Shown one piece after another: positions 19,266-29,296 of a stretch of DNA of 54,315 nt (its first letter is position 1; each line of letters starts with the position of its first letter). The notes below the pieces were generated by a model that searched no databases, had not been told where the DNA came from, and was given only the letters and a program-made list of their open reading frames with translations. This DNA comes from Thermoflexales bacterium. GTDB lineage: Bacteria > Chloroflexota > Anaerolineae > Fen-1058. The DNA lies in the NCBI GenBank assembly GCA_034434835.1, contig DAOTXX010000104.1, positions 1-54,315 of the forward strand, in the 5' to 3' direction. The position numbers and the translations under genes are program-made.

Positions 19266-19778
19266 CTAACTGTTCCTGGGTTGTTGGCGAGTTTTGATCC
19301 ACTTGCGAACTTTGGTCTTGGCCCACTGATCGTGACTGGCGAAGGCAGTAAGCCAGGAGTACATGGCAGCTTTTCCGATCCAGGCAAAGCGCCCTTTGGT
19401 GGTAATATCCTTTTTGGGTATGGCTTGCACCGTCGCCATGAACTGCTCGTGCGTCTTGCGGAATTCGGCCAGGATTTTGGATAAGGGGCGATTGTGGTGC
19501 TTTTTAAAAATCCGCTCGTTCAGAATGTCTAATTGCTTCCAGGTCAGGTCAGGGGCGGGGGGATGGGGCGTCTCGCCGCGCTGATCGGCGGCATACCAAT
19601 CGAGAAAGAGCTGCTCCCAGCTTGCCAGGTGCGCCAAGACATCTTTGACTGACCATTCACCCACGACGCCGGGCTGAAGCATATCCGCCTGGCTCAACTT
19701 GGCAAGGTTCTGTTCCAGCCGTCGACGTTCCGTTTCCAGTATTTCGATGGCTTGCGCTTTGCTGATCGGTTTTGGCAT
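19266..19778 (-). CDS. ClbS/DfsB-family four-helix-bundle protein
   Basis: ~170 aa from MPKPISKAQAIEIL...; WSVKDVLAHLASWEQ signature typical of ClbS/DfsB (DUF1706). Confidence 0.65.
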   Translation of the reverse strand: MPKPISKAQAIEILETERRRLEQNLAKLSQADMLQPGVVGEWSVKDVLAHLASWEQLFLDWYAADQRGETPHPPAPDLTWKQLDILNERIFKKHHNRPLSKILAEFRKTHEQFMATVQAIPKKDITTKGRFAWIGKAAMYSWLTAFASHDQWAKTKVRKWIKTRQQPRNS

Positions 19779-19788
19779 CGAGACCCTC

Positions 19789-20419
19789 CTATATCTTGTG
19801 CTTGATGCGCAACGCTTCATTCAGATGGACGAAATTGTGCCGGGTGGGTGGCATGAGCAACAGCCCGGCAATGGTGCGCCTGCCCCAGTAATCGGCTATG
19901 CCTCTGGCCGCCTCGACCAGCGCCCCTTGGGCCATCACTTGTTGCAGACGGGCCGGGTCAACCTTTTGCTTCAACGCCTCCGGCGTAAGCCGCTTGACGA
20001 TCTCGCGCGTCCTGCGACCAACGGCCAGGCGATAAGCCCTCAGCGCTTCAATATCAATCGCGGCGCTCAGGCGAGCCACACTTGCCTTATCCATGGCGTT
20101 GCCCGTATCACGAACGGAAATTCCCATCCGCTTGAGCCAGCCGTCTCGGAGCGCGAGTTGCGGGCTGCCGGCGACCAGCAGATTCATCGTGACATCCTCA
20201 ATGCGGGCAATGTGCCAGATGCACCAAGCGATGGAAGAACAATTCAATCGCCTTTTGATGATCGTCCGGGCGCGCGAGGGCGCGTTGTAGCGTTTGCTGC
20301 TGTTGGTTCCATAGCTTGCGATTGGGGTCCATTCGACTTACCTTCCTCTGCCAGTGGCCCAACACGCGGCCAACGGCCTGCTCCATGATTGCCCGGCGGC
20401 GCTGTGAAATCTGTGTCAT
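19789..20419 (-). pseudogene. DinB/DinB_2-like protein, apparent frameshift
   Basis: two overlapping frames (20198-20419: ...FFHRLVHLAH; 19789-20247: ..SIAWCIWHIARIED...) together resemble one DinB_2 protein; frameshift or sequencing error near 20198-20247. Confidence 0.35.
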
Positions 20420-20573
20420 ACTGTAACTACTCAGCCGTCATTGCGAGGAGGTCCGCGAAGCGGGCCGACGAAGCAATCTTAGCGATCGAAGCACAGAGAT
20501 TGCTTCGCCTGCCTTCGGCAGGCTCGCAATGACAGCCTGTGCGGTAGACTGGGCTGAGTAGTTACGTCATACT
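20415..20573. repeat. ~160-bp nested palindromic element
   Basis: outer inverted repeat CTGTAACTACTCAGCC/GGCTGAGTAGTTAC, inner GTCATTGCGAG/CTCGCAATGAC and GAAGCAATC/GATTGCTTC; related motifs (GTCATTGCGAGG, AGATTGCTTCGC) recur at 35255-35330. Confidence 0.7.
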
Positions 20574-21001
20574 ATAAAGGACACGTTAGACAGGGCGTGA
20601 TAGTAATTGCCCCACTGGGCCGTAAAGCGCAGAACAGAATAGTCGGGATCGGTCACGCCCAGCGGATAATACTTTTCGTACCCGGGCCGCCAGAGACGCT
20701 GCCTGGATTCGGCGTCTTGGAGCACCTCTATCGTCCCGACCAACATCAGCCCCTTCCACTGATTCATGTCAACGAAATATACGCACGTCTTGGGATCTCG
20801 CAGTACCTGTGCCACTCGCCTGGACGAAGTGTTGGTGCTGAACCAGATGGTCTTCAACTCTTCGTTTTCCATCTTGATCATCGCTTTGATATTGGGGTAG
20901 CCGTCGTCGCCATTGGTGCCAAGCATGGCGATGGTCGAGTGGTTGACCAGGTCGAGTGATTCCTGAATCGCTTGTTCGTTTTTCATGATGGTATCCTCCA
21001 T
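20567..21001 (-). CDS. pyridoxamine 5'-phosphate oxidase family protein
   Basis: 144 aa, fold-typical sequence (AMLGTNGDDGYPNIKAM...WFSTNTSSRR...VYFVD). Confidence 0.65.
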   Translation of the reverse strand: MEDTIMKNEQAIQESLDLVNHSTIAMLGTNGDDGYPNIKAMIKMENEELKTIWFSTNTSSRRVAQVLRDPKTCVYFVDMNQWKGLMLVGTIEVLQDAESRQRLWRPGYEKYYPLGVTDPDYSVLRFTAQWGNYYHALSNVSFIV

Positions 21002-21015
21002 TGTAGAGTGAGATG

Positions 21016-22233
21016 CTATTTCATCAGCCAGTCTATGCCAGACCGTTTGGCCGTCTTGCTTTCGATCTTTAGTTCATCGGCGCCGAGGTAGCCGAGGAAT
21101 CGTTTGAAGCAATCGCGCAGATCGGACTGCATCCTTTTCGAGGGCGTGACATCCGATTCCCACCACCACTTTTTGATTACAAGCGCGCCGCTCTGCCTGT
21201 CCCGCCCCGGCTCGAAGCGAGCGATGAACCGATCGCCATACAAGATGGGCAGCACATAGTAGCCATACTTGCGCTGTTCGGCCGGCTTGTAGACTTCCCA
21301 GACATACGAAAAGCCAAATAGCTCTTGGACCAATCGCCGGTCCCAGAGCAAATTGTCCAAAGGCGCTAGAATGACCGCGCGCGGCGATGGCGCTGGGGAG
21401 TGCAATACCTTGTTGAGGTGCGGCTTGTCCTCGCTCCTCATGTAGAACGGAGGCTCAATGCCCTCCACGTGTACCTCGATGACCTTGCCTTGTTCTATCA
21501 ATCGTTGGAGAGCCGCGCTGCGTTCCTGGCTCTTGACGCCCTGAATTCCCAGCCACGCTTCACCGGCACGATTCCAAACCAGCCCGATTCCGCCGATGCG
21601 CCTGAGGATATGCCAGTCCTGATATTGCTCGTCGGTCTCGTTCGGGTCAGAAACTGACAGCAGTTTCTGTGGAATGTGGCGGCTGGCGAGGTCATACACT
21701 TTGCGCGTATGAACTCGGTGATGGATGATCAACTCGCCGCAAAATTGCAGGCCCTCCAACGCCGCGCGCGCCAGCCGTGTTGGCCCCCACGGCCAATCCA
21801 CACGATGGTCCATGTCCAGGTCAATGGAAGACAGTGGCCCATGCTCTTGAATCACCTGGCGAACTTGCGGCAGGATGGCAGTGATTTGAGTTCGCTTGTC
21901 CAGGCTGCGTCGTTCCGCTTCGCGTTGTCGTCGAAAATACGGCCAGTCCTCGACGGGATAGATGGACATGACCTTGTCCCACCCGTCTACCAGTTTGCGA
22001 TCCTGGTAGAGCAGGTCTTGCAACATCCCGGGCGAAAAGTCCGCCACCCGGCCCTGGAGCACCAGTTCCGGGTTGTGACCCACAATGTCCAGCGGGTCGA
22101 ACTGGATGCAGCCCACGCGGCGAATATACTTGACGACGCCGCGCTTGCCCTCCAACTCATGCGGCGGCCAAAGGCCCTGATGCGCAAGGATGAAACGCTT
22201 GGCCTGCGGTTTGGTGAGCGAGGAGTTTATCAT
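21016..22233 (-). CDS. winged-helix YcaQ/AlkZ-like protein (DUF1006)
   Basis: 405 aa; N-terminal KPQAKRFILAHQGLW..., overall resemblance to YcaQ-family crosslink-repair glycosylases; recognised from translation only. Confidence 0.6.
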   Translation of the reverse strand: MINSSLTKPQAKRFILAHQGLWPPHELEGKRGVVKYIRRVGCIQFDPLDIVGHNPELVLQGRVADFSPGMLQDLLYQDRKLVDGWDKVMSIYPVEDWPYFRRQREAERRSLDKRTQITAILPQVRQVIQEHGPLSSIDLDMDHRVDWPWGPTRLARAALEGLQFCGELIIHHRVHTRKVYDLASRHIPQKLLSVSDPNETDEQYQDWHILRRIGGIGLVWNRAGEAWLGIQGVKSQERSAALQRLIEQGKVIEVHVEGIEPPFYMRSEDKPHLNKVLHSPAPSPRAVILAPLDNLLWDRRLVQELFGFSYVWEVYKPAEQRKYGYYVLPILYGDRFIARFEPGRDRQSGALVIKKWWWESDVTPSKRMQSDLRDCFKRFLGYLGADELKIESKTAKRSGIDWLMK

Positions 22234-22284
22234 TTTTTCAGAACCTTGCGAAGGCTTGAGGCCTTCGCAAGGTTCGTGGGAGTG

Positions 22285-22635
22285 TTACAGCGTCCGCCGG
22301 ATTTCGTCCAGCGTTGTCTTGGCGGCCGGTATCTGGGCGAGAAAGCCCGCCAGCTTTGCGCAGGTGGCGTAATCAGCGCAGTAAGCGCAGTTGGTCACCT
22401 TGCGTTCGACGCCGCACGCGCGGATGGGACACTGTGGGCAATAACCGCCCAGTCGCCCATTGAAGGCCAGGCAGCCGTCACAGGTCACCGATTCGAGGGT
22501 CATGTCCGGTGCATTGAACTCGACCTTCCACTTGGCGAGGAGGCGTTCCTGTGCAGCCCGGTCGTTGGCTTGAGTGGCGAGGTAGGCCTCGCAGGCGGAG
22601 CAATTCAAACCGCAAAAGGCAATGATGGGGTTCAT
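22285..22635 (-). CDS. DUF3795-like Cys-rich protein
   Basis: from MNPIIAFCGLNCSACEAY...; multiple CxxC pairs. Confidence 0.55.
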   Translation of the reverse strand: MNPIIAFCGLNCSACEAYLATQANDRAAQERLLAKWKVEFNAPDMTLESVTCDGCLAFNGRLGGYCPQCPIRACGVERKVTNCAYCADYATCAKLAGFLAQIPAAKTTLDEIRRTL

Positions 22636-22845
22636 CGAGTGACTCCTTGATGGTGTTGGGCCAGGTTGTCGAATCCTGGTCAGCGGAACCGTATGTCCTG
22701 ATTGTAGCACTGATGTTCTATTTATGCAAATTCAAGCGCAGATGTTTCTGAGGCTGTGGCCCTGAAGACATCCTTGGCTATCTTGGGCACAGGCCAGGGT
22801 GGTTGGGGGGAGGGGGATGAAGCGGTGCTCCTTTAGTATCGAATG

Positions 22846-24003
22846 TCACCGAGTCGCGTGCGCCCTCAATCGCTCGACAATGCCGGGTAACACCGCCAAC
22901 ACGTGGTCAATATCCTGCTCGGTGTTCGAATGTCCTAACGTCATCCGCACGCTGCCGATGGCCCATTCGCGCGGCAGGCCCATGGCTGTCAACACGAAAG
23001 ATGGCTCGGTCTCGCCCGTCGTGCAGGCCGAGCCAGTGCTTACGCAGATGCCCTCCAGGTCAAGCGCAAGCAAGATGCTTTCACCTTCCACGCCCTTGAA
23101 GGCAAAGCTCGCGCTGTTAGGGAGCCGCTCGGTGGGGTGGCCGGTGAGCCGTACGTCCGGCACGCGCTCGAGCACGCCCGCAATGAGTCTGTCGCGCAGC
23201 CGGCTGACGCGTGCGTTTTCGCTTTCACGGTTCTGTTGCGCCAGCTTGAGCGCAGTCGCCAGCCCTACAATCTCGGCAACATTGACAGTGCCCGGTCGGT
23301 GCCCGTGTTCATGACCGCCGCCCGTGAGCGCAGGGACGAGCGACGTCCCGCGCCGGATGTACAGTACCCCGACGCCTTTGGGACCATAAAACTTGTGCGC
23401 GCTCAGTGCAAGCAAATCCACGTTCAGGCGATCCACGTTCAGATCGAGCGCGCCGCCAGCCTGAACCGCGTCCGTATGGAACAGGATGCCTTTGGATTTG
23501 GCGATTTTGCCGATCTCGGCGATCGGCTGAATCGTTCCCACCTCGTTATTAGCATACATCACGCTGATGAGCAGGGTGTCCGGGCGAAGGGCACGCGCCA
23601 GGTCATCCGGATTTACTCGCCCATATTCGTCCACCGTCACCAGCGTCAATTCGTAGCCGAATTTTTCGTGCAATTGCTCAGCCGTTGTGCCGACCGCGTG
23701 ATGCTCGATGGGTGTAGTGATGATGTGGCCTTTGCCCGGCGATTGCCAGGCTGCGCCGCGCACCGCCAGATTATCGCTTTCCGTGCCGCTGCCGGTAAAT
23801 ACAATCTCAGTGGGATGACAGCCCAGAATCTCTGCCACTGTTTGCCGCGCTTCATCCAAGGCCTTGAGCGCCGCTCGACCGATAGAGTGGATGGATGAGG
23901 TGTTCCCATAAACCTGCGACCAATACGGCTGCATGGCTTCGATCACGCGCGGGTCAACCGGCGTTGTCGCCGCGTGATCTAGATAAATCACTCGCTGGTC
24001 CAT
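22846..24003 (-). CDS. cysteine desulfurase (IscS/NifS family)
   Basis: 385 aa from ATG 24003 (AGGAGG RBS); YLDHAATTPVDPRV..., SAHKFYGPKGVG PLP-lysine motif, SGSACTTG. Confidence 0.85.
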   Translation of the reverse strand: MDQRVIYLDHAATTPVDPRVIEAMQPYWSQVYGNTSSIHSIGRAALKALDEARQTVAEILGCHPTEIVFTGSGTESDNLAVRGAAWQSPGKGHIITTPIEHHAVGTTAEQLHEKFGYELTLVTVDEYGRVNPDDLARALRPDTLLISVMYANNEVGTIQPIAEIGKIAKSKGILFHTDAVQAGGALDLNVDRLNVDLLALSAHKFYGPKGVGVLYIRRGTSLVPALTGGGHEHGHRPGTVNVAEIVGLATALKLAQQNRESENARVSRLRDRLIAGVLERVPDVRLTGHPTERLPNSASFAFKGVEGESILLALDLEGICVSTGSACTTGETEPSFVLTAMGLPREWAIGSVRMTLGHSNTEQDIDHVLAVLPGIVERLRAHATR

Positions 24004-24350
24004 CTGGCCCTCCTGCGGTGGCGACATTGTAACAGACGTACTCGGTCGTGTCAATAGAATCTCAACTTGTCCCCTGCGTTTTTCCACTGCTTTCTCGCAA
24101 AGGCCAATCACAGGTTGCAACTTGCTTCTAGTGTGGTACACTTGACCAAGTTTTTTCACTGTAACCGTTCAGACGGTTGCCTTTTTCTCACCACGAAGAC
24201 ACAAAGCCAAGTTTTACTGACCTGTGGTTACCTTTGGTGGAAACAAGGTGCGAGCCACTGGCAACATTTCAAAAATTCTTTGTGCCTTCGTGCCTTGGTG
24301 GTAAAGATGGAACACCCACTGAACGGTTACCTTTCACTCAGGTATTAGCG

Positions 24351-24833
24351 ATGCTATCCCGCAAGCGATTGACACTCGAACAAATCGCCGTGCTTTTGCG
24401 CAGCAAAGAGATGGGGGCGTTCGCCGGGGTGGACCTGAGCGACATTGACCTGCGCATCTTGGACCTGGCGCACGCTAATCTCAGCGGGGCCGACTTGCGT
24501 GGCGTTGACCTTTCCGGCGTCACGCTGGTCATGACCAATCTAGCCGGCGCAGCGCTGGCCGAGGCCGATCTCTCTGCATCCAACCTGACGGATGCGACGC
24601 TCTGGATGGCCGACCTTACCAACGCCCGGCTGGCCTCGGCCAACCTGACCGGCGCTTATCTGGCCGGGGCCAAGCTTGCCGGGGCCGACCTTCGTAACGC
24701 GACTTTGCTTGACGCAAACCTCTGGAAGGCTGATCTGCATGGGGCTAACCTTGAGGGGGCCAATCTTGATGGCGCGACCTTGCGCCAGGCCATCCTCGAG
24801 GACGTCATCGGCCTGCCAGCCACTGACAAGTGA
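24351..24833 (+). CDS. pentapeptide-repeat protein
   Basis: A(D/N)LSGADLRGVDLSGV... repeats across ~120 aa; ATG 24351 in frame with track ORF. Confidence 0.8.
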   Translation: MLSRKRLTLEQIAVLLRSKEMGAFAGVDLSDIDLRILDLAHANLSGADLRGVDLSGVTLVMTNLAGAALAEADLSASNLTDATLWMADLTNARLASANLTGAYLAGAKLAGADLRNATLLDANLWKADLHGANLEGANLDGATLRQAILEDVIGLPATDK

Positions 24834-24955
24834 TGATTCCCCTCGATCTCTGAGGGCAATCTTGCCTATTCGTCCCCCGTCATTTTCTCCCTTGCCGCAG
24901 CCTTGTTCGCATGGTAACATTTTTCGCGTATTACCTATTTCGCTTTGCCAATATA

Positions 24956-25033
24956 CCCATCTGCCATCCGCCATCCGCCATCAGCTATATGCCATCAACT
25001 ATCAACCCTGATCCATTCACTATCCGCCATCGG
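24956..25033. repeat. tandem heptanucleotide array (CCATCNG x ~11)
   Basis: ccatctg ccatccg ccatccg ccatcag ctatatg ccatcaa ctatcaa ccctgat ccattca ctatccg ccatcgg; overlaps 5' end of following ORF. Confidence 0.85.
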
Positions 25034-25813
25034 CCGGCCTGGCTTCGTAAGCATTATGCCATCCCTGCCGAGCATGGCGCGTGGGCAATGCTGCTTGGCC
25101 CTTTTGCGGTCGGGCTGGGCCTGGCCTGGCGACTCGATTGGATGGTGCTGTGGACGCTCTTGGGGGTGTTGTTGCTCTTCCTCGCACGTCAGCCGCTACT
25201 TGTGCTCGTCAAAGCACAGAGTGGTCGTCGCTTGCGCGAAGATGCTGTGCCTGCGCTCATCTGGCTGCTCATCTACGGCACGCTCGCCTTGCTCCCTCTG
25301 CTTGTGCTGGTGGCCTCTGGTCGCACCGCGTTGTTCTGGCTGGCCGTGCCTGCGCTTCCACCGCTGGGCTGGCAACTGTGGTTGGTCACTCGCCGCGCTG
25401 AGCGTCGGATGGCGGTTGAGCTGGCGGGTTCAGGCGCGCTGGCGTTAGCTGCGCCCGCCGCCTATTTCGCGGCGACAGGCCGCTATGACGCGACCGCGCT
25501 TTCTGCCTGGCTGCTCTGTCTCCGCCTCGAACAGCGCCGGATGACAACTGTGCCGGAGCGACCTCAACAATGGGCGATGGGACAGCGCGCAGTGTTGTAT
25601 CACGCCTTCAATTTTGTCGCCAGTGTCGTGTTGACAGTTTTCAGCATCCTGCCTGTGCTGGTGCCCCTCGCATTTGCCGTCATGCTTGCCGAAGCTTTGC
25701 GCGGTACATTCCAGCCTGCCGTCGGTGTCAAGCCCCAGGTCCTGGGTGTCTTTCAGGTCGTAGTGACCGTTGTCTTTGTCATTCTCCTCGTATTGGCTTA
25801 CCGCTTATCATAG
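24989..25813 (+). CDS. YwiC-like multi-pass membrane protein
   Basis: EHGAWAMLLGPF near N-terminus, ~8 TM helices; start uncertain because heptamer array precedes/overlaps it. Confidence 0.5.
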   Translation: MPSTINPDPFTIRHRPAWLRKHYAIPAEHGAWAMLLGPFAVGLGLAWRLDWMVLWTLLGVLLLFLARQPLLVLVKAQSGRRLREDAVPALIWLLIYGTLALLPLLVLVASGRTALFWLAVPALPPLGWQLWLVTRRAERRMAVELAGSGALALAAPAAYFAATGRYDATALSAWLLCLRLEQRRMTTVPERPQQWAMGQRAVLYHAFNFVASVVLTVFSILPVLVPLAFAVMLAEALRGTFQPAVGVKPQVLGVFQVVVTVVFVILLVLAYRLS

Positions 25814-25896
25814 TGGCGGTCTCGATCATTATTTGCTTTTCCATCTAAAATCAATATATAATCCCGCCAACATCCCCCTGACTCGGAGGTTGACCC

Positions 25897-27882
25897 ATGA
25901 AGGTGGACACAATTCTGGCGCACGGCACGTTGGTGGCCATGGATAAAGATTTCCGTGTCATCCTCGATGGCGCGCTGGCGATGGCTGATGGAAACATTGT
26001 GGCGGTGGGGGCATCCACTCAAGTGCTGGACGGCTGTGAATCGGATACGGTGGTGGACTGCAACGGATGTGTGATTGCGCCTGGTCTGGTGAATGCACAC
26101 ACGCATGCGCCCATGACGCTCTTGCGCGGCCTGGCTGACGATCTGCGCCTGGACGTTTGGCTTCACGGCTTCATGATGCCGGTCGAGCGTGAATTCGTAA
26201 CCCCCGAGTTCGTTCGTTTGGGTACCTTGTTGGCCTGTGCAGAAATGATCCGCGGCGGCACCACATGCTTTGCGGATATGTACTACTATGAGGATGCTGT
26301 GGCTCAGGCGGTGGAGCAGGCTGGAATGCGCGCGGTGTGCGCCGAGACGATTTTGAAATTCCCCTCGCCCGATGCAAGCAATTATGAGGAGAGTCTCGAC
26401 TACTGCCGAACCTTTATCGAAAAATGGAAAGGCCATCGCCTGATTACCCCGTCCGTTGGTCCGCACGCTCCCTACACCTGTCCCCCCGAGATCCTCAAGG
26501 CCGCCACTGATTTGGCGGTCGAATATCACGTGCCGCTGCACATCCATCTTTCCGAGACGGCGCTGGAGGTCGAAGACAGTCGCAAGGTGCACGGCGCGCC
26601 GCCGGTCGCCTGGGTCAAAAAACAGGGCTTGTTTCGCGCCCAAGTGCTGGCCGCGCACTGCGTCCATGTGGATGCAGGCGAGATCCGCGATCTGCATCAG
26701 GCGGGCGCCGGCGTTGCGCACAACCCAAGCAGCAACCTCAAGCTTGCCAGCGGCATTGCACCGGTTCGCCAGATGCTTCAGCAGGGGCTGCACGTTGGCA
26801 TTGGCACGGATGGCACTGCCAGCAACAACGATCTGGACATGTTCGAAGAGATGCGCCTGGCGACGTTCATCGCCAAAGGCACAAGCGGCGATCCGGTGGC
26901 AGTGCCAGCGCGCGTAACTTTTGCGATGGCAACCATTGAAGGCGCGCGCGCTCTCTTCCTGGGCGATCGGACCGGCTCGCTCGAAGTTGGCAAGCGCGCG
27001 GATGTCATTGTCGTCAATCTTGATGAGCTGCACAATACCCCGCGGTTTGCTCGTGACCCGGATGCGGTCTATTCCGAGCTGGTTTATGCTTGCAAGAGCG
27101 CGGATGTGCGTCATGTTTGGGTGGATGGTCGCTGTCTGCTCTGGAACAGCGCCCTCCAGACGGTGGATGCGACGCGAGTGTGTGCTCAGGCTCAAGCGCT
27201 GGCCCGGCGGATTGATGCTTTTCTTGTGGCGCGCGAGGGCAACTTGCTCGACAAACTCGTGGCGATCGGCGGGCTGGAGCAAGAAGAAATGTTCGAGGTG
27301 CAAGTCAAGCTTCAAGTAGACGAGGTGGAATTGACGCGCCTGGAAGCTGTCCTCAAAGCTTCCGAGGGTATTCTGACGGTTCAGCGTTCTTCGGTGCGAC
27401 GACAGTTCGACACGTACCTGGTGTTTGCTGACCCGGCCGCCGGGCGCATCCGTTATCGCGAGGACGACATCTTGGGGCCGGCAGACGAGGTGGTAGAGAG
27501 TCGCTATCGTCTGACGTTGACCGGCCCCACCAAGGAGCGAGAATTTGCCAACTCGGTGCTCTTGTCTCGCTCGCGTTTTACTGCGCGAGCGGATCGCTCA
27601 TTACGCTTTTATCGTGAATACTTTCGCCCCTCCAGCGAGTTCGAGATTCACAAAGAGCGGCGGCGCTATCATATCCTGTACAAGGGGATTGATTTTGCGC
27701 TGAATCTGGATCACATCGTCCAGCCCCCCTTGGGTGACTTTTTGGAAATCAAGAGCCGCACCTGGTCGAGTCGGGACGCCGAGCGCAAGGCCGGGTTGAT
27801 TGGCGAGTTACTGGATTTGTTGAGCGTGCGCACGGAGCGATTGCTGCACGTCGAGTACGCTGACCTCGCAAAAGGCGTCTAG
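25897..27882 (+). CDS. MTA/SAH deaminase (MtaD-like amidohydrolase) fused to C-terminal CYTH domain
   Basis: N-terminal 430 aa amidohydrolase (VNAHTHAPMTLLRG..., HxH, D-rich site); C-terminal ~200 aa with CYTH signatures (FEVQVK ~ExExK, QFDTYLVF, RIR, KEREFANS, EIHKERRRY, FLEIK). Confidence 0.75.
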   Translation: MKVDTILAHGTLVAMDKDFRVILDGALAMADGNIVAVGASTQVLDGCESDTVVDCNGCVIAPGLVNAHTHAPMTLLRGLADDLRLDVWLHGFMMPVEREFVTPEFVRLGTLLACAEMIRGGTTCFADMYYYEDAVAQAVEQAGMRAVCAETILKFPSPDASNYEESLDYCRTFIEKWKGHRLITPSVGPHAPYTCPPEILKAATDLAVEYHVPLHIHLSETALEVEDSRKVHGAPPVAWVKKQGLFRAQVLAAHCVHVDAGEIRDLHQAGAGVAHNPSSNLKLASGIAPVRQMLQQGLHVGIGTDGTASNNDLDMFEEMRLATFIAKGTSGDPVAVPARVTFAMATIEGARALFLGDRTGSLEVGKRADVIVVNLDELHNTPRFARDPDAVYSELVYACKSADVRHVWVDGRCLLWNSALQTVDATRVCAQAQALARRIDAFLVAREGNLLDKLVAIGGLEQEEMFEVQVKLQVDEVELTRLEAVLKASEGILTVQRSSVRRQFDTYLVFADPAAGRIRYREDDILGPADEVVESRYRLTLTGPTKEREFANSVLLSRSRFTARADRSLRFYREYFRPSSEFEIHKERRRYHILYKGIDFALNLDHIVQPPLGDFLEIKSRTWSSRDAERKAGLIGELLDLLSVRTERLLHVEYADLAKGV

Positions 27883-27970
27883 TTTTCTTCGCATAGCCAA
27901 AGCGGGTGTGTAGTTGCCTATTTTTGTTTTTGATTTCCTTGAATAAGAGACTGGCTATGCGCAATGCAGG

Positions 27971-29296
27971 TTAGGGGGGTAATTTCGACTGCGCGGCGAC
28001 GGCAATTTGCCAGCCGCTCTCTGCGTCCCCATTTTCGAGCAGGACCACGATGGCCCAGCGCGGCGATTGAGCCGGCGCAAAGCCAACGAACCACATGAGC
28101 AGTTCCTCTCCACTGATGGCATATGCAACCTGCCCGGCCAGATCGTCGCGTGTTCGCAGCGCCGATCGAATCGCACTGGCGACTTGAGACGATACGATCG
28201 GCTGCCCAGAAGAAACCGGCTTGAAGGTTAGATGGGGTGGGGCGATCTCGTACCCGCCGTTGGCGAGCGTTCCGATCACAAACGCCATGCGCAGCGGCGA
28301 AACAGTGAGCGCGCCCTGTCCCAAGATCATCTCACGCACAGCCTGCGTCGTCGTCAGCATGTCAGTCCAAGAGCCTGGCGAATGATGGGGCAGCTCGAAC
28401 GAATCCACGGGGGCATCCAATTGCCAGCGACGAATGGCCTCGGCAACATCCTGAGCATCGAGTCGGCTGACAGACGCCGCAAACTCGGATGGGCAAGCTG
28501 CGGCAAACCAGGCGGCCAGCGTGTGATCCAAAGGACGCTCGACGCAGTCAAGCCGCTTACCGTCCACGACTGCCAATGGCGCAGTCTCTGAAGCCATGGT
28601 GTCCGTGAGATGTGCAATGCCTTTCGACAAAGCCTCGGCCAGAATGATGGATTGAAACGCAGCACCGGGTTGATACGCGCCCTGCGTCGCGCGATTCAAC
28701 AGCGGCGAAGAAGGCTCCGCGCGAAGTTGCTCCCAATCCTGATCCAGCCGCGCCGGATCGAACGTCGGGCGACTGGCCAGCGCGATCACCTCGCCTTCCG
28801 GCACTGAAAGCACTACCACCGCGCCAGTTCGATCGCCCAAGGCAGCGTCCGCCGCGCGTTGAACAGCCATGTCCAACGTCAGGCGCACCGAATGGCCCGG
28901 CGGCACACGATGCAACCATCGGTTAACCAGAGCATCGAGCCGCGTCTGGCCCATGACGCCCCGCAGCTCGTCGTCGAACGCGGCCTCCACGCCGCCCAGC
29001 CCATGACGCAAGCTGTAATAGCCCACGATCGGCGCAGCCGCCGGTTCAGGATAGTAGCGCTCATAGTTGCCCGACACGCGCTGGCTGACGGCAAGCGGCT
29101 GACCACTGCGATCCAAGATCGCGCCGCGCGGAACGCGGCGTTCGGCGATCACCAGGCGCGGGTTGTCTTCGCGCGCCGCCAGAGCCGAACCTTGCACCAC
29201 CTGCCAGTATCCCGTGACGATCGCCAGCACGCCAAGCATCACGCTCAGTACCAGGCCTGCCCGGCGGATCGTCAAAAGCATGGGCCCATCACTCAT
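27971..29296 (-). CDS. PBP2-like class B penicillin-binding protein, catalytic motifs apparently degenerate
   Basis: TM anchor + dimerisation + transpeptidase-fold; expected SxxK appears as QPGAAFQ, SxN as ACP, KTG as YAI while flanking conserved context (NRATQGAYQPG, MWFVGFAP) is retained. Confidence 0.7.
   Translation of the reverse strand: MSDGPMLLTIRRAGLVLSVMLGVLAIVTGYWQVVQGSALAAREDNPRLVIAERRVPRGAILDRSGQPLAVSQRVSGNYERYYPEPAAAPIVGYYSLRHGLGGVEAAFDDELRGVMGQTRLDALVNRWLHRVPPGHSVRLTLDMAVQRAADAALGDRTGAVVVLSVPEGEVIALASRPTFDPARLDQDWEQLRAEPSSPLLNRATQGAYQPGAAFQSIILAEALSKGIAHLTDTMASETAPLAVVDGKRLDCVERPLDHTLAAWFAAACPSEFAASVSRLDAQDVAEAIRRWQLDAPVDSFELPHHSPGSWTDMLTTTQAVREMILGQGALTVSPLRMAFVIGTLANGGYEIAPPHLTFKPVSSGQPIVSSQVASAIRSALRTRDDLAGQVAYAISGEELLMWFVGFAPAQSPRWAIVVLLENGDAESGWQIAVAAQSKLPP

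Noticed and set aside
24177-24350. Track start 24177 for the pentapeptide protein (58-aa N-terminal extension)
   Set aside because: The extension lies in the divergent regulatory region and lacks pentapeptide repeats; the in-frame ATG 24351 is taken instead.
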